A DNA stretch of 64,000 nt from a virus, in the IMG/VR virus record IMGVR_UViG_3300047483_000490, positions 1 through 64,000 of that record. The stretch is one strand, 5' to 3'. Below the pieces are notes generated by a model that saw nothing but the letters and a program-made list of their open reading frames with translations, made no database searches and was not told the DNA's origin. Position 1 is the first letter of the stretch. Each line of letters starts with the position of its first letter. The position numbers were made by a program, and so were the translations under genes. This document shows, one piece after another, positions 48,671 through 58,109 of the stretch.

Positions 48671-48882
48671 TGTACACGATAGATTCATTAGCCACGTTAG
48701 GCTTCGTTGTAGAAATTGGTTTAGATCAAACAAGTGCTCCAAAATATGCATTCGACATATACAAATATGAACACTTTGGAAATTACGAATTGATTCAAGT
48801 CAGAGAATGGTATTTATATCGAACATGGCAAGAAGCGTTTGAAGCAGCAGTAGAAGAATTAAAATTTTTAAAATTAATATAA
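48670..48882 (+). CDS. hypothetical protein
   Basis: Coupled ORF. Confidence 0.55.
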   Translation: MYTIDSLATLGFVVEIGLDQTSAPKYAFDIYKYEHFGNYELIQVREWYLYRTWQEAFEAAVEELKFLKLI

Positions 48883-49019
48883 GATGAGTAAAGAAAATCA
48901 AATCAAAACGGAAATAGTAGACAGAGTAGTCCTGGTACAAGATCCAATTTTAGGCTCAAGATATGAGTTGCAATCAGTAGAAGTTCGCGTAGAAGAATCT
49001 ACAGAAACTGAATCAACCG

Positions 49020-49535
49020 ATGACGAGCAGTAGAACTTATAGAATGATGGGACTAGTCCCGTATAACATAAGTCCAATTCAACAAGGCATTCAATTCGGC
49101 CATGCTGTTGTTGAATATGGATTAGAATTTGGAAATACCACAGAATACCAAAAATGGGCAAAAGAAGACAAAACTTTTATCATTTTAAATGGAGGTACAA
49201 CAAACAAAAGTTATAACATCGATAACGGTAATCATCTTGGTTCATTAAACAACCACAGACAATTATTGCATGATGAAGGTGTTCAATTCAGTAGTTTTTT
49301 TGAACCAGATTTAGGTGACCAATTAACTGCGGTAGTTTTCTTAGTTGATGATCGAGTATGGGACAAAAAGCTTTGGCCAGATTGGGACGGTGGAGATATT
49401 ACAGAAGATAAAATGGGCGGCAGATGTATTGGCGAACAATATCACGATTGGCTGATGAAATTCAGCGTCGTAGAAAGAGAATCACAAAGAATTGTATTCT
49501 TAAGAGAGTTTTTAAAACAATTTAGATTAGCATAA
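49020..49535 (+). CDS. peptidyl-tRNA hydrolase II-like protein
   Basis: QGIQFGHAVVE, T.IILNGG, F.EPDL.DQLTAV. Confidence 0.6.
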   Translation: MTSSRTYRMMGLVPYNISPIQQGIQFGHAVVEYGLEFGNTTEYQKWAKEDKTFIILNGGTTNKSYNIDNGNHLGSLNNHRQLLHDEGVQFSSFFEPDLGDQLTAVVFLVDDRVWDKKLWPDWDGGDITEDKMGGRCIGEQYHDWLMKFSVVERESQRIVFLREFLKQFRLA

Positions 49536-49536
49536 G

Positions 49537-50010
49537 ATGTATCAAGAAATAGAAGGTGATTTAATTGCGCTAGCAAAACAGGGCATGTTTGACGTAATTA
49601 CACATGGTTGTAATTGTATGTCAAATATGGGAGCTGGAATAGCTCCACAAATGGCAAAAGCATTTGGAGTTGACCAATATCCGCTTGAATCATTTACTCG
49701 TAAGGGTGACATTAACAAACTAGGGCAAATAGAATGGCTTATTGAAAGAGATGGAGCAATACCATTTGTTGTTAATTCATACACTCAATTTAGTTATGGT
49801 AAGAATCATGCTGATGGAGTTTCAAAACCATTAGACTACGAAGCATTGACTCTTTGTATGCGTAAAATCAATCATAGATTTAGTGGTAAGCATATTGGAT
49901 TGCCAAAGATTGGAGCAGGATTAGCAGGTGGAGATTGGAACAGAATTAAGAAGATTATTCAAACAGAGTTAAAGGACATGAAAGTGTCAGTAGTAATTTA
50001 TAAACAATAA
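49537..50010 (+). CDS. macro domain protein (ADP-ribose binding/hydrolase)
   Basis: GDLI, HGCNC...MGAGIA, PKIGAGLAGGDW. Confidence 0.9.
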   Translation: MYQEIEGDLIALAKQGMFDVITHGCNCMSNMGAGIAPQMAKAFGVDQYPLESFTRKGDINKLGQIEWLIERDGAIPFVVNSYTQFSYGKNHADGVSKPLDYEALTLCMRKINHRFSGKHIGLPKIGAGLAGGDWNRIKKIIQTELKDMKVSVVIYKQ

Positions 50011-50167
50011 GGATGAAAGCATATAAAGCAATAGCACCTTTATGGTTAGGTTTTTCTTTGGCACATTTTGGCCATATAACATTCATGACTTGGCAATTTT
50101 ATGCCATTACGGTTCCATTTTTTGTAATAGCAGTAGTAACCGGGTTTATTCAAAGAGACGAAGAATA

Positions 50168-50701
50168 ATGAGTCAAACAGAATTTCACACAGGAAAACTT
50201 TATCCGGTTAAAATTGAGAAAAGTTTAGAAGAAACTTGTAGAGCTATCGCAGTTCGTAGACATATCGAATTAGGCGAAGATTGGCAAGAAGATTTTAGAG
50301 ATGCCTTTGATGAATATAAAGGTAAAATCGGAAGCGTTCAAGACGAAGAGTATTTTATTCATGGTGAGAATCTTTACAGAGTCATTGACCATGAAGAATG
50401 TTCTGATGAAGAATACTTCATGAAACTTAACAGAAATAGTGATGGAAGTCTTTCATTTATAGGACAATTCTATAATGGTGGTACTTGCTTCGCTGAAATG
50501 TTAGAAGAAGCATTAGATGAATTGAAACCAATGTATATTGAACAGATTAAAATTGAAGTTGAAAAACCATTAATTGATGAATCCATAACAATGGAAAGTG
50601 ATAGTGGCTTTAAAACATATGAAGTAACATTTATTCAGCATACATTCAAAAAGAATGGAGAATTTAAGTGGATCATGGTAACAGGAATTAGAAAAAATTA
50701 A
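50168..50701 (+). CDS. hypothetical protein
   Basis: FYNGGTC motif. Confidence 0.6.
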   Translation: MSQTEFHTGKLYPVKIEKSLEETCRAIAVRRHIELGEDWQEDFRDAFDEYKGKIGSVQDEEYFIHGENLYRVIDHEECSDEEYFMKLNRNSDGSLSFIGQFYNGGTCFAEMLEEALDELKPMYIEQIKIEVEKPLIDESITMESDSGFKTYEVTFIQHTFKKNGEFKWIMVTGIRKN

Positions 50702-50706
50702 ATAAT

Positions 50707-51195
50707 ATGAATTGGATTAAAAGATTATTCGGAATTAAAGAAGTAGAAGAAAATGTAAATGCTTCTATTCCTTATACAGAGTTTGCGATTGCAAAACAAA
50801 AACGTATAAGAGAAATCGTAGAAGCAGAGCGCATTCGTCGCGATGAAATCTATGAACGTTCCCTTAAAAAAGCTAGAGAAGATGAATCGAGTTTCTTAAC
50901 TTCGATGGCAGCTGCTGCAGTTACAGATTCTACAGTCGTCGGAGCCTTAGTTGGTGGAGATATTTTTGGAGCAATTGTCGGAGATGCTATGAGTAAAGAT
51001 GCCTCGAATTTAAACTCAGATTCTTCAGATTCTGGATTTGATGGAGGATTTGGAGGTGGTGATTTCTCTGGTGGAGGTTCTGGCGGAAGCTGGGATGATA
51101 GCTCTTCAAGTAGTTCAGATTCATATGATTCGTCGAGTTCTTATGACTCAGGCTCTTCATATGACTCGAGTGGTTCAAGTTCAAGCGATTGGTAA
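50707..51195 (+). CDS. hypothetical protein with Gly/Ser/Asp-rich tail
   Basis: GGFGGGDFSGGGSGGSW tail. Confidence 0.65.
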   Translation: MNWIKRLFGIKEVEENVNASIPYTEFAIAKQKRIREIVEAERIRRDEIYERSLKKAREDESSFLTSMAAAAVTDSTVVGALVGGDIFGAIVGDAMSKDASNLNSDSSDSGFDGGFGGGDFSGGGSGGSWDDSSSSSSDSYDSSSSYDSGSSYDSSGSSSSDW

Positions 51196-51197
51196 TC

Positions 51198-51440
51198 ATG
51201 AAGCTTAGAGAGAAATTTGAACCATTTACTTATTTTTGTGATGGTAACAATTCAATGGAAAGGCAATATCAAAGAGAAGATAATGCAGTAGAGTGTGAAA
51301 AAGTCGCAGATGAATTTGCAATAGGTTTTGCAGAATGGCTTCAGTCAAGTGCATCAGATACTTTAATATCAACATTTAATGGTAAATGGATTGGAATTAA
51401 AGCAGTTTTAGAAATATACAAAAAAGAAAAGGGATTATGA
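51198..51440 (+). CDS. hypothetical protein
   Basis: FAIGFAEW motif. Confidence 0.55.
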   Translation: MKLREKFEPFTYFCDGNNSMERQYQREDNAVECEKVADEFAIGFAEWLQSSASDTLISTFNGKWIGIKAVLEIYKKEKGL

Positions 51441-51634
51441 AAAACATTCCAATTGAAACATTAAGAGAATTATTCATTAGTTATCAATCTCAGTTTTACA
51501 ATGAAAATGAAATGTATTCTTTAATTGAGCAATCAGATCAGAATAGAGCTATTATAGCAGGTGATTATGATGAACATATAATGGAAACGTTTACAATTAA
51601 AAATGGTGGTTTAACCAAAAAAGAAATAAAATGA
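51437..51634 (+). CDS. hypothetical protein
   Basis: Coupled ORF. Confidence 0.5.
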   Translation: MKNIPIETLRELFISYQSQFYNENEMYSLIEQSDQNRAIIAGDYDEHIMETFTIKNGGLTKKEIK

Positions 51635-52088
51635 CAATCAGAGAACAAATAAACGCAGATTTTATAACTGCGATGAAAGTAAAGGATGAAACTGCAAAAT
51701 CTACGTTAAGTAGCATTAAAGCAGCAATTACAAATGCTGAAAAGAATAATGGCACATGGGTTGCAACAAACGAAGAGGTTATTAAAATCATTAATAAAGG
51801 AATCAAGCAACGTGAGGAATCTATTAAAATGTATGATTTGGCAAATAGACCTGAATTGGTTGCCAAAGAACAGGATGAAATTAGCATCTTGAAAAAATAC
51901 ATGCCTGCGCAGATGAGCGAACAAGAAATTACGTTAGCACTTAAAGAACTTCTACGGGGTTTTTGGTGACTATTAAAAATCCACAAGCTCTTGTTGGTAA
52001 AACTATTGGAGAATTCAATAAGAAATATCAAGGACGTGCAGATATCGGAACAGTTAAAATGATTGTTAACCAATTAGTAGAAATGTAA
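51631..52088 (+). CDS. GatB/YqeY domain protein, completed by a -1 frameshift near 51960
   Basis: AMK.KD, KQREESI..Y..ANR.EL..KE..EI..L.KYMP; C-terminus (GK.IG...GRAD) in -1 frame. Confidence 0.75.
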
Positions 52089-52293
52089 TATGGAAGTAAT
52101 ATTAATATCGGTTGGAGCTTTATGCATTACATTTATTTTAGTTGCTTTTAGTCACGTAAGTCATCATGAAAAAATAGATGCAACTAAATTAAAACGCTTA
52201 TACAAGCGTAAAAAAAATAAAAAATAATTGCTTAAATATTTTTTTATATCAAAAGTATTTTGTATATTTACAGAGTAATTAAAAGATAAAACT

Positions 52294-52635
52294 ATGACAA
52301 AGACACAAGCACTTAGATTAATTGAAGTAACTAGCCAAATTCAAGCAAATAATGGTACAGTATGTTATCATGATCCATTGACTAATGTAGATTACATGAG
52401 TTATGAAAGTGGTTATGTCCGTCGTAAATATTCAACACGTTCTTGGAGAACCGGTAAAAAATTATTTACAATTTATCAGTTAAATAAAACCAGAATGGTT
52501 AAACATGAATTAACTTGGTTTCCTGGTAAATTCGTAGAGTGTACAGAACGTATCTTAGAAATGGATCCAGAAAAACGCATGGATATTATTTGTCGTGCAA
52601 CTGTAAACTATCGTAAAACTTTAAGTATAAAATAA
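52294..52635 (+). CDS. hypothetical protein
   Basis: Follows class I promoter. Confidence 0.6.
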   Translation: MTKTQALRLIEVTSQIQANNGTVCYHDPLTNVDYMSYESGYVRRKYSTRSWRTGKKLFTIYQLNKTRMVKHELTWFPGKFVECTERILEMDPEKRMDIICRATVNYRKTLSIK

Positions 52636-52636
52636 C

Positions 52637-52996
52637 ATGAAGAACATAATCCAACATGACACATTAGGTCAAATTCAAGTCTTACTTGAAATAGAAAGAG
52701 CTGAAGATTATAAAGGTACAGGTAAAAGAGTAGCTTTAGTAAAGTGTTTTATGAAGCCCGTTGAAGATCGATGGAGTGATAAATTTAAGTACTTTGAATT
52801 AAAACAATGGAGATCTGGTCAAATAAAACCAGAATACTATTTACTTTGGGGTAATACTGAAGATTTAAATCAAAGAGGTATTACACATATCAAGACTCCA
52901 TCTGGTAGAGCAGTTTCTGAAAAATCAGCTTTAAAAAGATTGCACGAAGCTCACAAAGCCATGGAATTTATAACCTTTAAAACAATTCACGATTAA
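52637..52996 (+). CDS. hypothetical protein
   Basis: ORF track. Confidence 0.6.
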   Translation: MKNIIQHDTLGQIQVLLEIERAEDYKGTGKRVALVKCFMKPVEDRWSDKFKYFELKQWRSGQIKPEYYLLWGNTEDLNQRGITHIKTPSGRAVSEKSALKRLHEAHKAMEFITFKTIHD

Positions 52997-53724
52997 TGAA
53001 ACCCATTCGTATCACCTTAATTTCTGACACTCACACTAAACAATTAGAATTGTTGTTGGATGAAACAGATCTTCCGGGTGGAGATATATTAATTCATGCT
53101 GGAGACTTAATGAATTCTGGTAGAAATCCTGAAGACATTACAGAGTTTTGTAAATGGTTTAATGGATTAAATCAATATGATCATAAGATATTTATTGCAG
53201 GTAATCATGATCGTATGTTTGAGAATAAACCAGAAGAAGCCATGGAAATTGTTAATTCATATAAATGGATTACATATTTACAAGACTCTTGGACTAAAAT
53301 TGGTTTTAATGGTCAATTTAACGATGAAGAGATGGTTAAAATCTATGGTAGTCCATGGCAACCAGAATTTTATAGTTGGGCTTTTAACTTACCGAAAGGT
53401 GGTCCTGGTTTAATGTCAAAGTGGGAAGCAATACCAAAAGATACAGATATTTTAGTTACACATGGTCCACCACAAGATCATTTAGATATGAGTGGACCTC
53501 CATATAATGAACCGCATTTAGGCTGTGCCTTATTAAGAGAAAAAGTAGATGAACAACCTCCGAAAATACATGTATTCGGCCATATTCACGGAGGATACGG
53601 CTACAAATTTCACAATGGAACTCATTTCTTTAATGCTTCTATTTTAAATGAAAGATATGATTATGTCAACAAGCCAGTTACGTTTGATTGGAATCCAGAG
53701 ACAAATGAAGTTGTATTTATATAA
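52996..53724 (+). CDS. metallophosphoesterase
   Basis: SDTH, HAGD, AGNHD, THGPP, FGHIH. Confidence 0.92.
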   Translation: MKPIRITLISDTHTKQLELLLDETDLPGGDILIHAGDLMNSGRNPEDITEFCKWFNGLNQYDHKIFIAGNHDRMFENKPEEAMEIVNSYKWITYLQDSWTKIGFNGQFNDEEMVKIYGSPWQPEFYSWAFNLPKGGPGLMSKWEAIPKDTDILVTHGPPQDHLDMSGPPYNEPHLGCALLREKVDEQPPKIHVFGHIHGGYGYKFHNGTHFFNASILNERYDYVNKPVTFDWNPETNEVVFI

Positions 53725-53945
53725 AAATGTTCGTAACTTTTAAAAATAATTAAGCCCAGATTTTTTAGTTTGGGCTTTTTTGTGTATATTTACAGAGTAA
53801 TTAAAAACAAACAGAACATGAAAATATTAAAAGTTACTAGAGATTTTGTAGAAGTTCTTTGGACAGATGATAATGAAATTGAATATATTCCATATCAAGA
53901 GTTTATTAAAAAACACGGAATTGAATCTTTAAAAAAATAAAAGTT

Positions 53946-55238
53946 ATGTACTTAGACGAAATACAAGAGTTTGTAGATGCTCAAAATTCTACCAATTCAA
54001 ACACAGACAAGTTAAATGTGTTAAAAAAATATGCAGATAATGAGTCAGTTCGAAAAGCATTAGAATACACGTACAATACGTTTAAACAGTATGGTGTAAC
54101 CTCAGAAAATTGTAAGAAGCTTAGTCATCTTTCAAGTTATGGTTATTCTTCTTTGTTTGACATATTAAATGATCTGAATTCTAGGTATCTAACTGGTCAC
54201 AATGCAATTAGTGCAGTAAATGGCTTTGTCGCTGCGAATAAGAGACACGAGGACCTTATATTCTCTATCATAGACAGAAACTTAAAGACAAGATCGACTG
54301 CGTCTATGATTAACAAAGTGATTCCTGGACTGATTCCAACATTTGATGTGGCTTTAGCTAATTCTTTTGATGAGAAAATGGCCAAAAAAGTTAACTTTAA
54401 CGAAGATAATTGGTATGTGAGTCGTAAATTAGATGGATGTCGTTGTATTTGTATCATTGATGAGAATGGTGAACCTAAATACTTTTCAAGAGCTGGAAAT
54501 GAATTTCTAACTCTTAAGAATTTAGATGCTGAGATCATTTCATTAGGTCTTAAAAACACAGTCATTGATGGTGAGATTTGTATGTTAGACGAGAATGGTA
54601 ATGAGAATTTCCAAGGTATCATTAAAGAAATCAAACGCAAAGATCACACAATCGAGAATCCTTTCTTTTACATGTTTGACATTTTGACATTAGAAGAATT
54701 TGTTAACAAAGAAGGAACTACACCATTTTCAATTAGAAATGTTCAATTAGACAATCTTTTCTTTGAAAGAGAATTTAAAAACATTGGTTATTTAGAGCAA
54801 AAATTATTAATTGACGAGAGAATGTTAACGCATTATATCGGTTTAGCTAAAGAAAATAGCTGGGAAGGTTTAATGTTGCGTAAAGATGCTGCATATCAAG
54901 GTAAACGTAGCAATGATGTTTTAAAAGTAAAACAATTCTATGACGCAGAATACGTAGTCGTTGATATTCAAAATGGACCATTTAGAGTAATTGTAGATGG
55001 TAAAGAAGTTGAAGAAGATGTAATGCGTAATGTTGTTATAGAACACAAAGGTTACAGAGTTGATGTTGGATCTGGATTTAATCTTGAACAACGAAGATTA
55101 TACAAAGAAAATCCTGAGTTGATTCTTGGTAAACAAATCACAGTTCAATACTTTGAAGAATCACACAATCAAAATGGTGGAATTAGTTTAAGATTTCCAA
55201 CGGTTAAAGCAATTTATGAAACTGAAAGAAATTTTTAA
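53946..55238 (+). CDS. lig: ATP-dependent DNA ligase
   Basis: KLDG.R, DGEI, FDIL, WEGLMLR, KVK, LRFP. Confidence 0.93.
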   Translation: MYLDEIQEFVDAQNSTNSNTDKLNVLKKYADNESVRKALEYTYNTFKQYGVTSENCKKLSHLSSYGYSSLFDILNDLNSRYLTGHNAISAVNGFVAANKRHEDLIFSIIDRNLKTRSTASMINKVIPGLIPTFDVALANSFDEKMAKKVNFNEDNWYVSRKLDGCRCICIIDENGEPKYFSRAGNEFLTLKNLDAEIISLGLKNTVIDGEICMLDENGNENFQGIIKEIKRKDHTIENPFFYMFDILTLEEFVNKEGTTPFSIRNVQLDNLFFEREFKNIGYLEQKLLIDERMLTHYIGLAKENSWEGLMLRKDAAYQGKRSNDVLKVKQFYDAEYVVVDIQNGPFRVIVDGKEVEEDVMRNVVIEHKGYRVDVGSGFNLEQRRLYKENPELILGKQITVQYFEESHNQNGGISLRFPTVKAIYETERNF

Positions 55239-55241
55239 GCT

Positions 55242-55442
55242 ATGAAAAAAAGAAGCACATCAACCAAAGTTTGTTCAAATTGTTTAGAAGAATTTTCAGC
55301 AAATGAAATGTACACAGTAGCTAGAAAAAAGCACAGAGGTGTAGATCATGATCATGATGAATATTATTCGCCTTATTGTGAAACGTGCTTAGATGATACA
55401 GAATCGTATTTAAGAGTGATTGAAAAACCAATTCAAAAATAA
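55242..55442 (+). CDS. small Zn-finger-like protein
   Basis: CSNC...CETC. Confidence 0.55.
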   Translation: MKKRSTSTKVCSNCLEEFSANEMYTVARKKHRGVDHDHDEYYSPYCETCLDDTESYLRVIEKPIQK

Positions 55443-55448
55443 ATTAAG

Positions 55449-55730
55449 ATGGAAGAACAAGGTACATTATTAGAAGAAGCAGCATTTAAATTTTCACAAG
55501 ATGCTAACTGTTTATCTGGCGAAGATGAATATGAATTTCTAGAAATAGAAGCTGTCTCAAGTTTGGGGATAGATAGAGATAATGAATGTTTCTTTATTTT
55601 AAAGACAAAGAAATGGTCAGTAGATTCAGCTGAAGATTTAGAAAAATTATTTGATAGAATCAGAGCTGTTGTAATCAAAGAAACCAAAGATGTCAAAACC
55701 CAAAATAAGCCTCGCACCACCAAAAAGTAA
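55449..55730 (+). CDS. hypothetical protein
   Basis: ORF track. Confidence 0.6.
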   Translation: MEEQGTLLEEAAFKFSQDANCLSGEDEYEFLEIEAVSSLGIDRDNECFFILKTKKWSVDSAEDLEKLFDRIRAVVIKETKDVKTQNKPRTTKK

Positions 55731-56307
55731 AATAGAATTAAGAAACTATTTAAGATGGTTAAGTGAGGATTTTGAAGTTAAAATCTTAAACACAGATGAT
55801 TTAATTGAAGGCGCTTTAGTTTTATGTGGAGGCCCAGATTTAGGCGCTAATTTAAAAAGAGATGCCTTTGAAATTAAATTAATAAGTCAAGCTGTAAAAC
55901 AAAGATTGCCAATTTTAGGTGTTTGTAGAGGTATGCAGATCCTAAATTTCTTTTTAGGTGGAGATGTCAAAGACATTGATGAACTATTAGTCGAAGGACA
56001 CCAAGCTGATGATTTTAAAAGTGATGATAATCATAATAAAAAACAATCGCATTATCATTGGATTAAAGACATAGAAACCAGAGAAGTTTATATGGTTAAT
56101 TCACGTCATCATCAATATTGTTCATATCTAAGCGATGATTTAAAGGCAACGCATGTTGCATTAGATGGTTTAGTAGAAGCTTTTATTGGAAAAGAAGATA
56201 GTTATTTAGGTGTACAATGGCACCCTGAAAGAAGGGAAGGACCAATGCAAAGCTATCCAGAAATAATGCCAATCAAATGGTTGAAAAATAATTTGAAACA
56301 AAAATAA
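55690..56307 (+). CDS. class I glutamine amidotransferase-like (peptidase C26/PuuD-like)
   Basis: GG.D, LGVCRGMQ, VNS.HHQ, GVQWHPE. Confidence 0.9.
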   Translation: MSKPKISLAPPKSKIELRNYLRWLSEDFEVKILNTDDLIEGALVLCGGPDLGANLKRDAFEIKLISQAVKQRLPILGVCRGMQILNFFLGGDVKDIDELLVEGHQADDFKSDDNHNKKQSHYHWIKDIETREVYMVNSRHHQYCSYLSDDLKATHVALDGLVEAFIGKEDSYLGVQWHPERREGPMQSYPEIMPIKWLKNNLKQK

Positions 56308-56352
56308 ACTTAGATATATAAATTATATTAATAACAAAAATATTTATAAACC

Positions 56353-56526
56353 ATGACAGTAGCAATCATTATTATCGCAGTAGCAGCAGTTGCATATTTT
56401 ATCTTTAAAGGTAAAAATAAAAAAGGTGGAAATAAACCAAATAGCGGAGGTTCTTCTTACGGTGGAGGTTCTTATGTTGGACCAGATCTTGGAAATTCAG
56501 GTTACGGTTCAGACACTGGACGATAA
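56353..56526 (+). CDS. small membrane protein with Gly-rich tail
   Basis: Manual ORF after class II promoter. Confidence 0.55.
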   Translation: MTVAIIIIAVAAVAYFIFKGKNKKGGNKPNSGGSSYGGGSYVGPDLGNSGYGSDTGR

Positions 56527-56536
56527 TTAACATATT

Positions 56537-56593
56537 AGGATGCTTCCAGCAAATTTACAAAACTTTATATGGAAAAGCAAAACATAGCATCCT
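56537..56593 (+). ncRNA. CAGCAA-motif small RNA C
   Basis: aggatgct/agcatcct helix + tc-cagcaa. Confidence 0.65.
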
Positions 56594-56668
56594 GTTTTTT
56601 AAAATTTAAGAGTATGGACGGAGCAGCAGAAATTCTAGATAGCAGAAGTCTCAGGTCCTAACTCTCTC

Positions 56669-56741
56669 GGGGCTGTGGTGAAATTGGCTATCATCACAGA
56701 TTTGCATTCTGTAGTTCTCGGATCGTAACCGGGCAGCTCCA
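56669..56741 (+). tRNA. tRNA-Ala(UGC) with atypical T loop
   Basis: G3:U70, acaga-tttgcat-tctgt; T loop atcgtaa. Confidence 0.85.
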
Positions 56742-56832
56742 CTAAAAGACTTACATTAATTTGTAAGTCTTTTTTATTTATATTAATAGGGCTCGATTGC
56801 TATATTCTCCACATTTAATAGATATATAGAAT

Positions 56833-57591
56833 ATGGAAGAAATAATAAAATGCGAAGAGTGCGGAGAATTATTTATAAATAAAAAGATCAAAGCTAATCA
56901 TGTACGATGGAAACACAGAGATCAAACTTTTTATAAAAATAAAGCATCTGGTATATTAAAAGAAGCTTACGCCGATAAACACGGTAAAATTATCACTGAA
57001 AATGTCATATGTTCTAATTTAAAATGTAATAAGACTTTTTCGATAGAATATAGAACTGGCAAAAAGAAAGAAAAAAACTTCTGTTCTAGATCTTGTGCTA
57101 ATTCAAGAGGATCTTTGTCTACTGAAACTAAACAAAAGATAGCAGATTCGTTAAAAAAAGAATTTAAACTTTGTACATGTAAAAATTGTAATAAGCAGTT
57201 TGAACACAGCAAAGAAAAATTATATTGTTCTAATGAATGCTATTCTAATTATAGAAAAAAAGATAGAACAGATCTTCGTAATTATAGATTAGAAGCCTCG
57301 TTTAATTTTAATATTTTTGACTATCCTGAAGAATTTGATTTAGAATTGATAAAAAAATACGGGTTTTATTCAGCTGCAAACAGAGGATGTAATTTAAATG
57401 GTATTAGCAGAGATCATGCATATAGCTGTAAAATGGGATTAATTAACAATATTGACCCAAAAATTTTAAGTCATCCTGCAAATTGTATATTAATGAGACA
57501 TAATGATAATATTTCCAAACATTCTAATTCATCTATTACAATCGAAGAATTATTAATAAAAATTGACAAATGGGATAAAAAATATAAATAA
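56833..57591 (+). CDS. HNH-type homing endonuclease with Zn-finger repeats
   Basis: CEEC, FCSRSCAN, YCSNEC, SRDH...HPANC...N..K. Confidence 0.8.
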   Translation: MEEIIKCEECGELFINKKIKANHVRWKHRDQTFYKNKASGILKEAYADKHGKIITENVICSNLKCNKTFSIEYRTGKKKEKNFCSRSCANSRGSLSTETKQKIADSLKKEFKLCTCKNCNKQFEHSKEKLYCSNECYSNYRKKDRTDLRNYRLEASFNFNIFDYPEEFDLELIKKYGFYSAANRGCNLNGISRDHAYSCKMGLINNIDPKILSHPANCILMRHNDNISKHSNSSITIEELLIKIDKWDKKYK

Positions 57592-57614
57592 GGTTCGAAT
57601 CTGGGTAGCTCCAC
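57591..57614 (+). pseudogene. displaced 3' fragment of tRNA-Ala
   Basis: ggttcgaatctgggtagctccact resembles the 3' end of tRNA-Ala at 56720..56743. Confidence 0.65.
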
Positions 57615-57687
57615 TGAAAAGGTTTCATTTAACGATGAAACCTTTTTTATTTAATAAGTATAATCATTAATTAAAAAATTAAACAAC

Positions 57688-57864
57688 ATGCAAAATTTAA
57701 ATCAGATCGAAGAGATTCTTAACTCAATCAAAGAAGACGCAACTAAATTTTTCGAAAAAGGAAACAAAGCAGCTGGAACTAGAGTTCGTAAAGCAATGCA
57801 AGAAATCAAAGCATTAGCGCAAGCAGTTCGTACTGAAGTTTCAGAGAAAAACAAAGAAGCTTAA
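57688..57864 (+). CDS. histone H1-like (Hc1) small nucleoid protein
   Basis: Manual ORF: KFFEKGNKAAGTRVRKAMQEIK..AQ.VR. Confidence 0.8.
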   Translation: MQNLNQIEEILNSIKEDATKFFEKGNKAAGTRVRKAMQEIKALAQAVRTEVSEKNKEA

Positions 57865-57936
57865 TTTTTTTTGAAACAAACACTCTTTATTGAGTATAAA
57901 CTTTACAATTAAATTTTAAAACTAAACAAACACAAA

Positions 57937-58101
57937 ATGAAAAAAGTATTTTTCGCAATCGCAGCTATCGTAGCAACAATCTCAATCGCTTCTTGTGGTA
58001 ATGGAGCAACTTCAAAAACTGAAACTACTGATTCTACAGCAGTTCAAGTTGATTCTACGCAAGTAGACACAGTTAGTGTTGACACTGTAACTGTAAAATA
58101 A
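57937..58101 (+). CDS. small lipoprotein (54 aa)
   Basis: Manual ORF: lipobox IASC, DST/DTV repeats. Confidence 0.75.
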   Translation: MKKVFFAIAAIVATISIASCGNGATSKTETTDSTAVQVDSTQVDTVSVDTVTVK

Positions 58102-58109
58102 ATCATTAA

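Noticed and set aside
56669-56741. tRNA-Cys(GCA) reading
   Set aside because: Loop register gives UGC and G3:U70 marks Ala.
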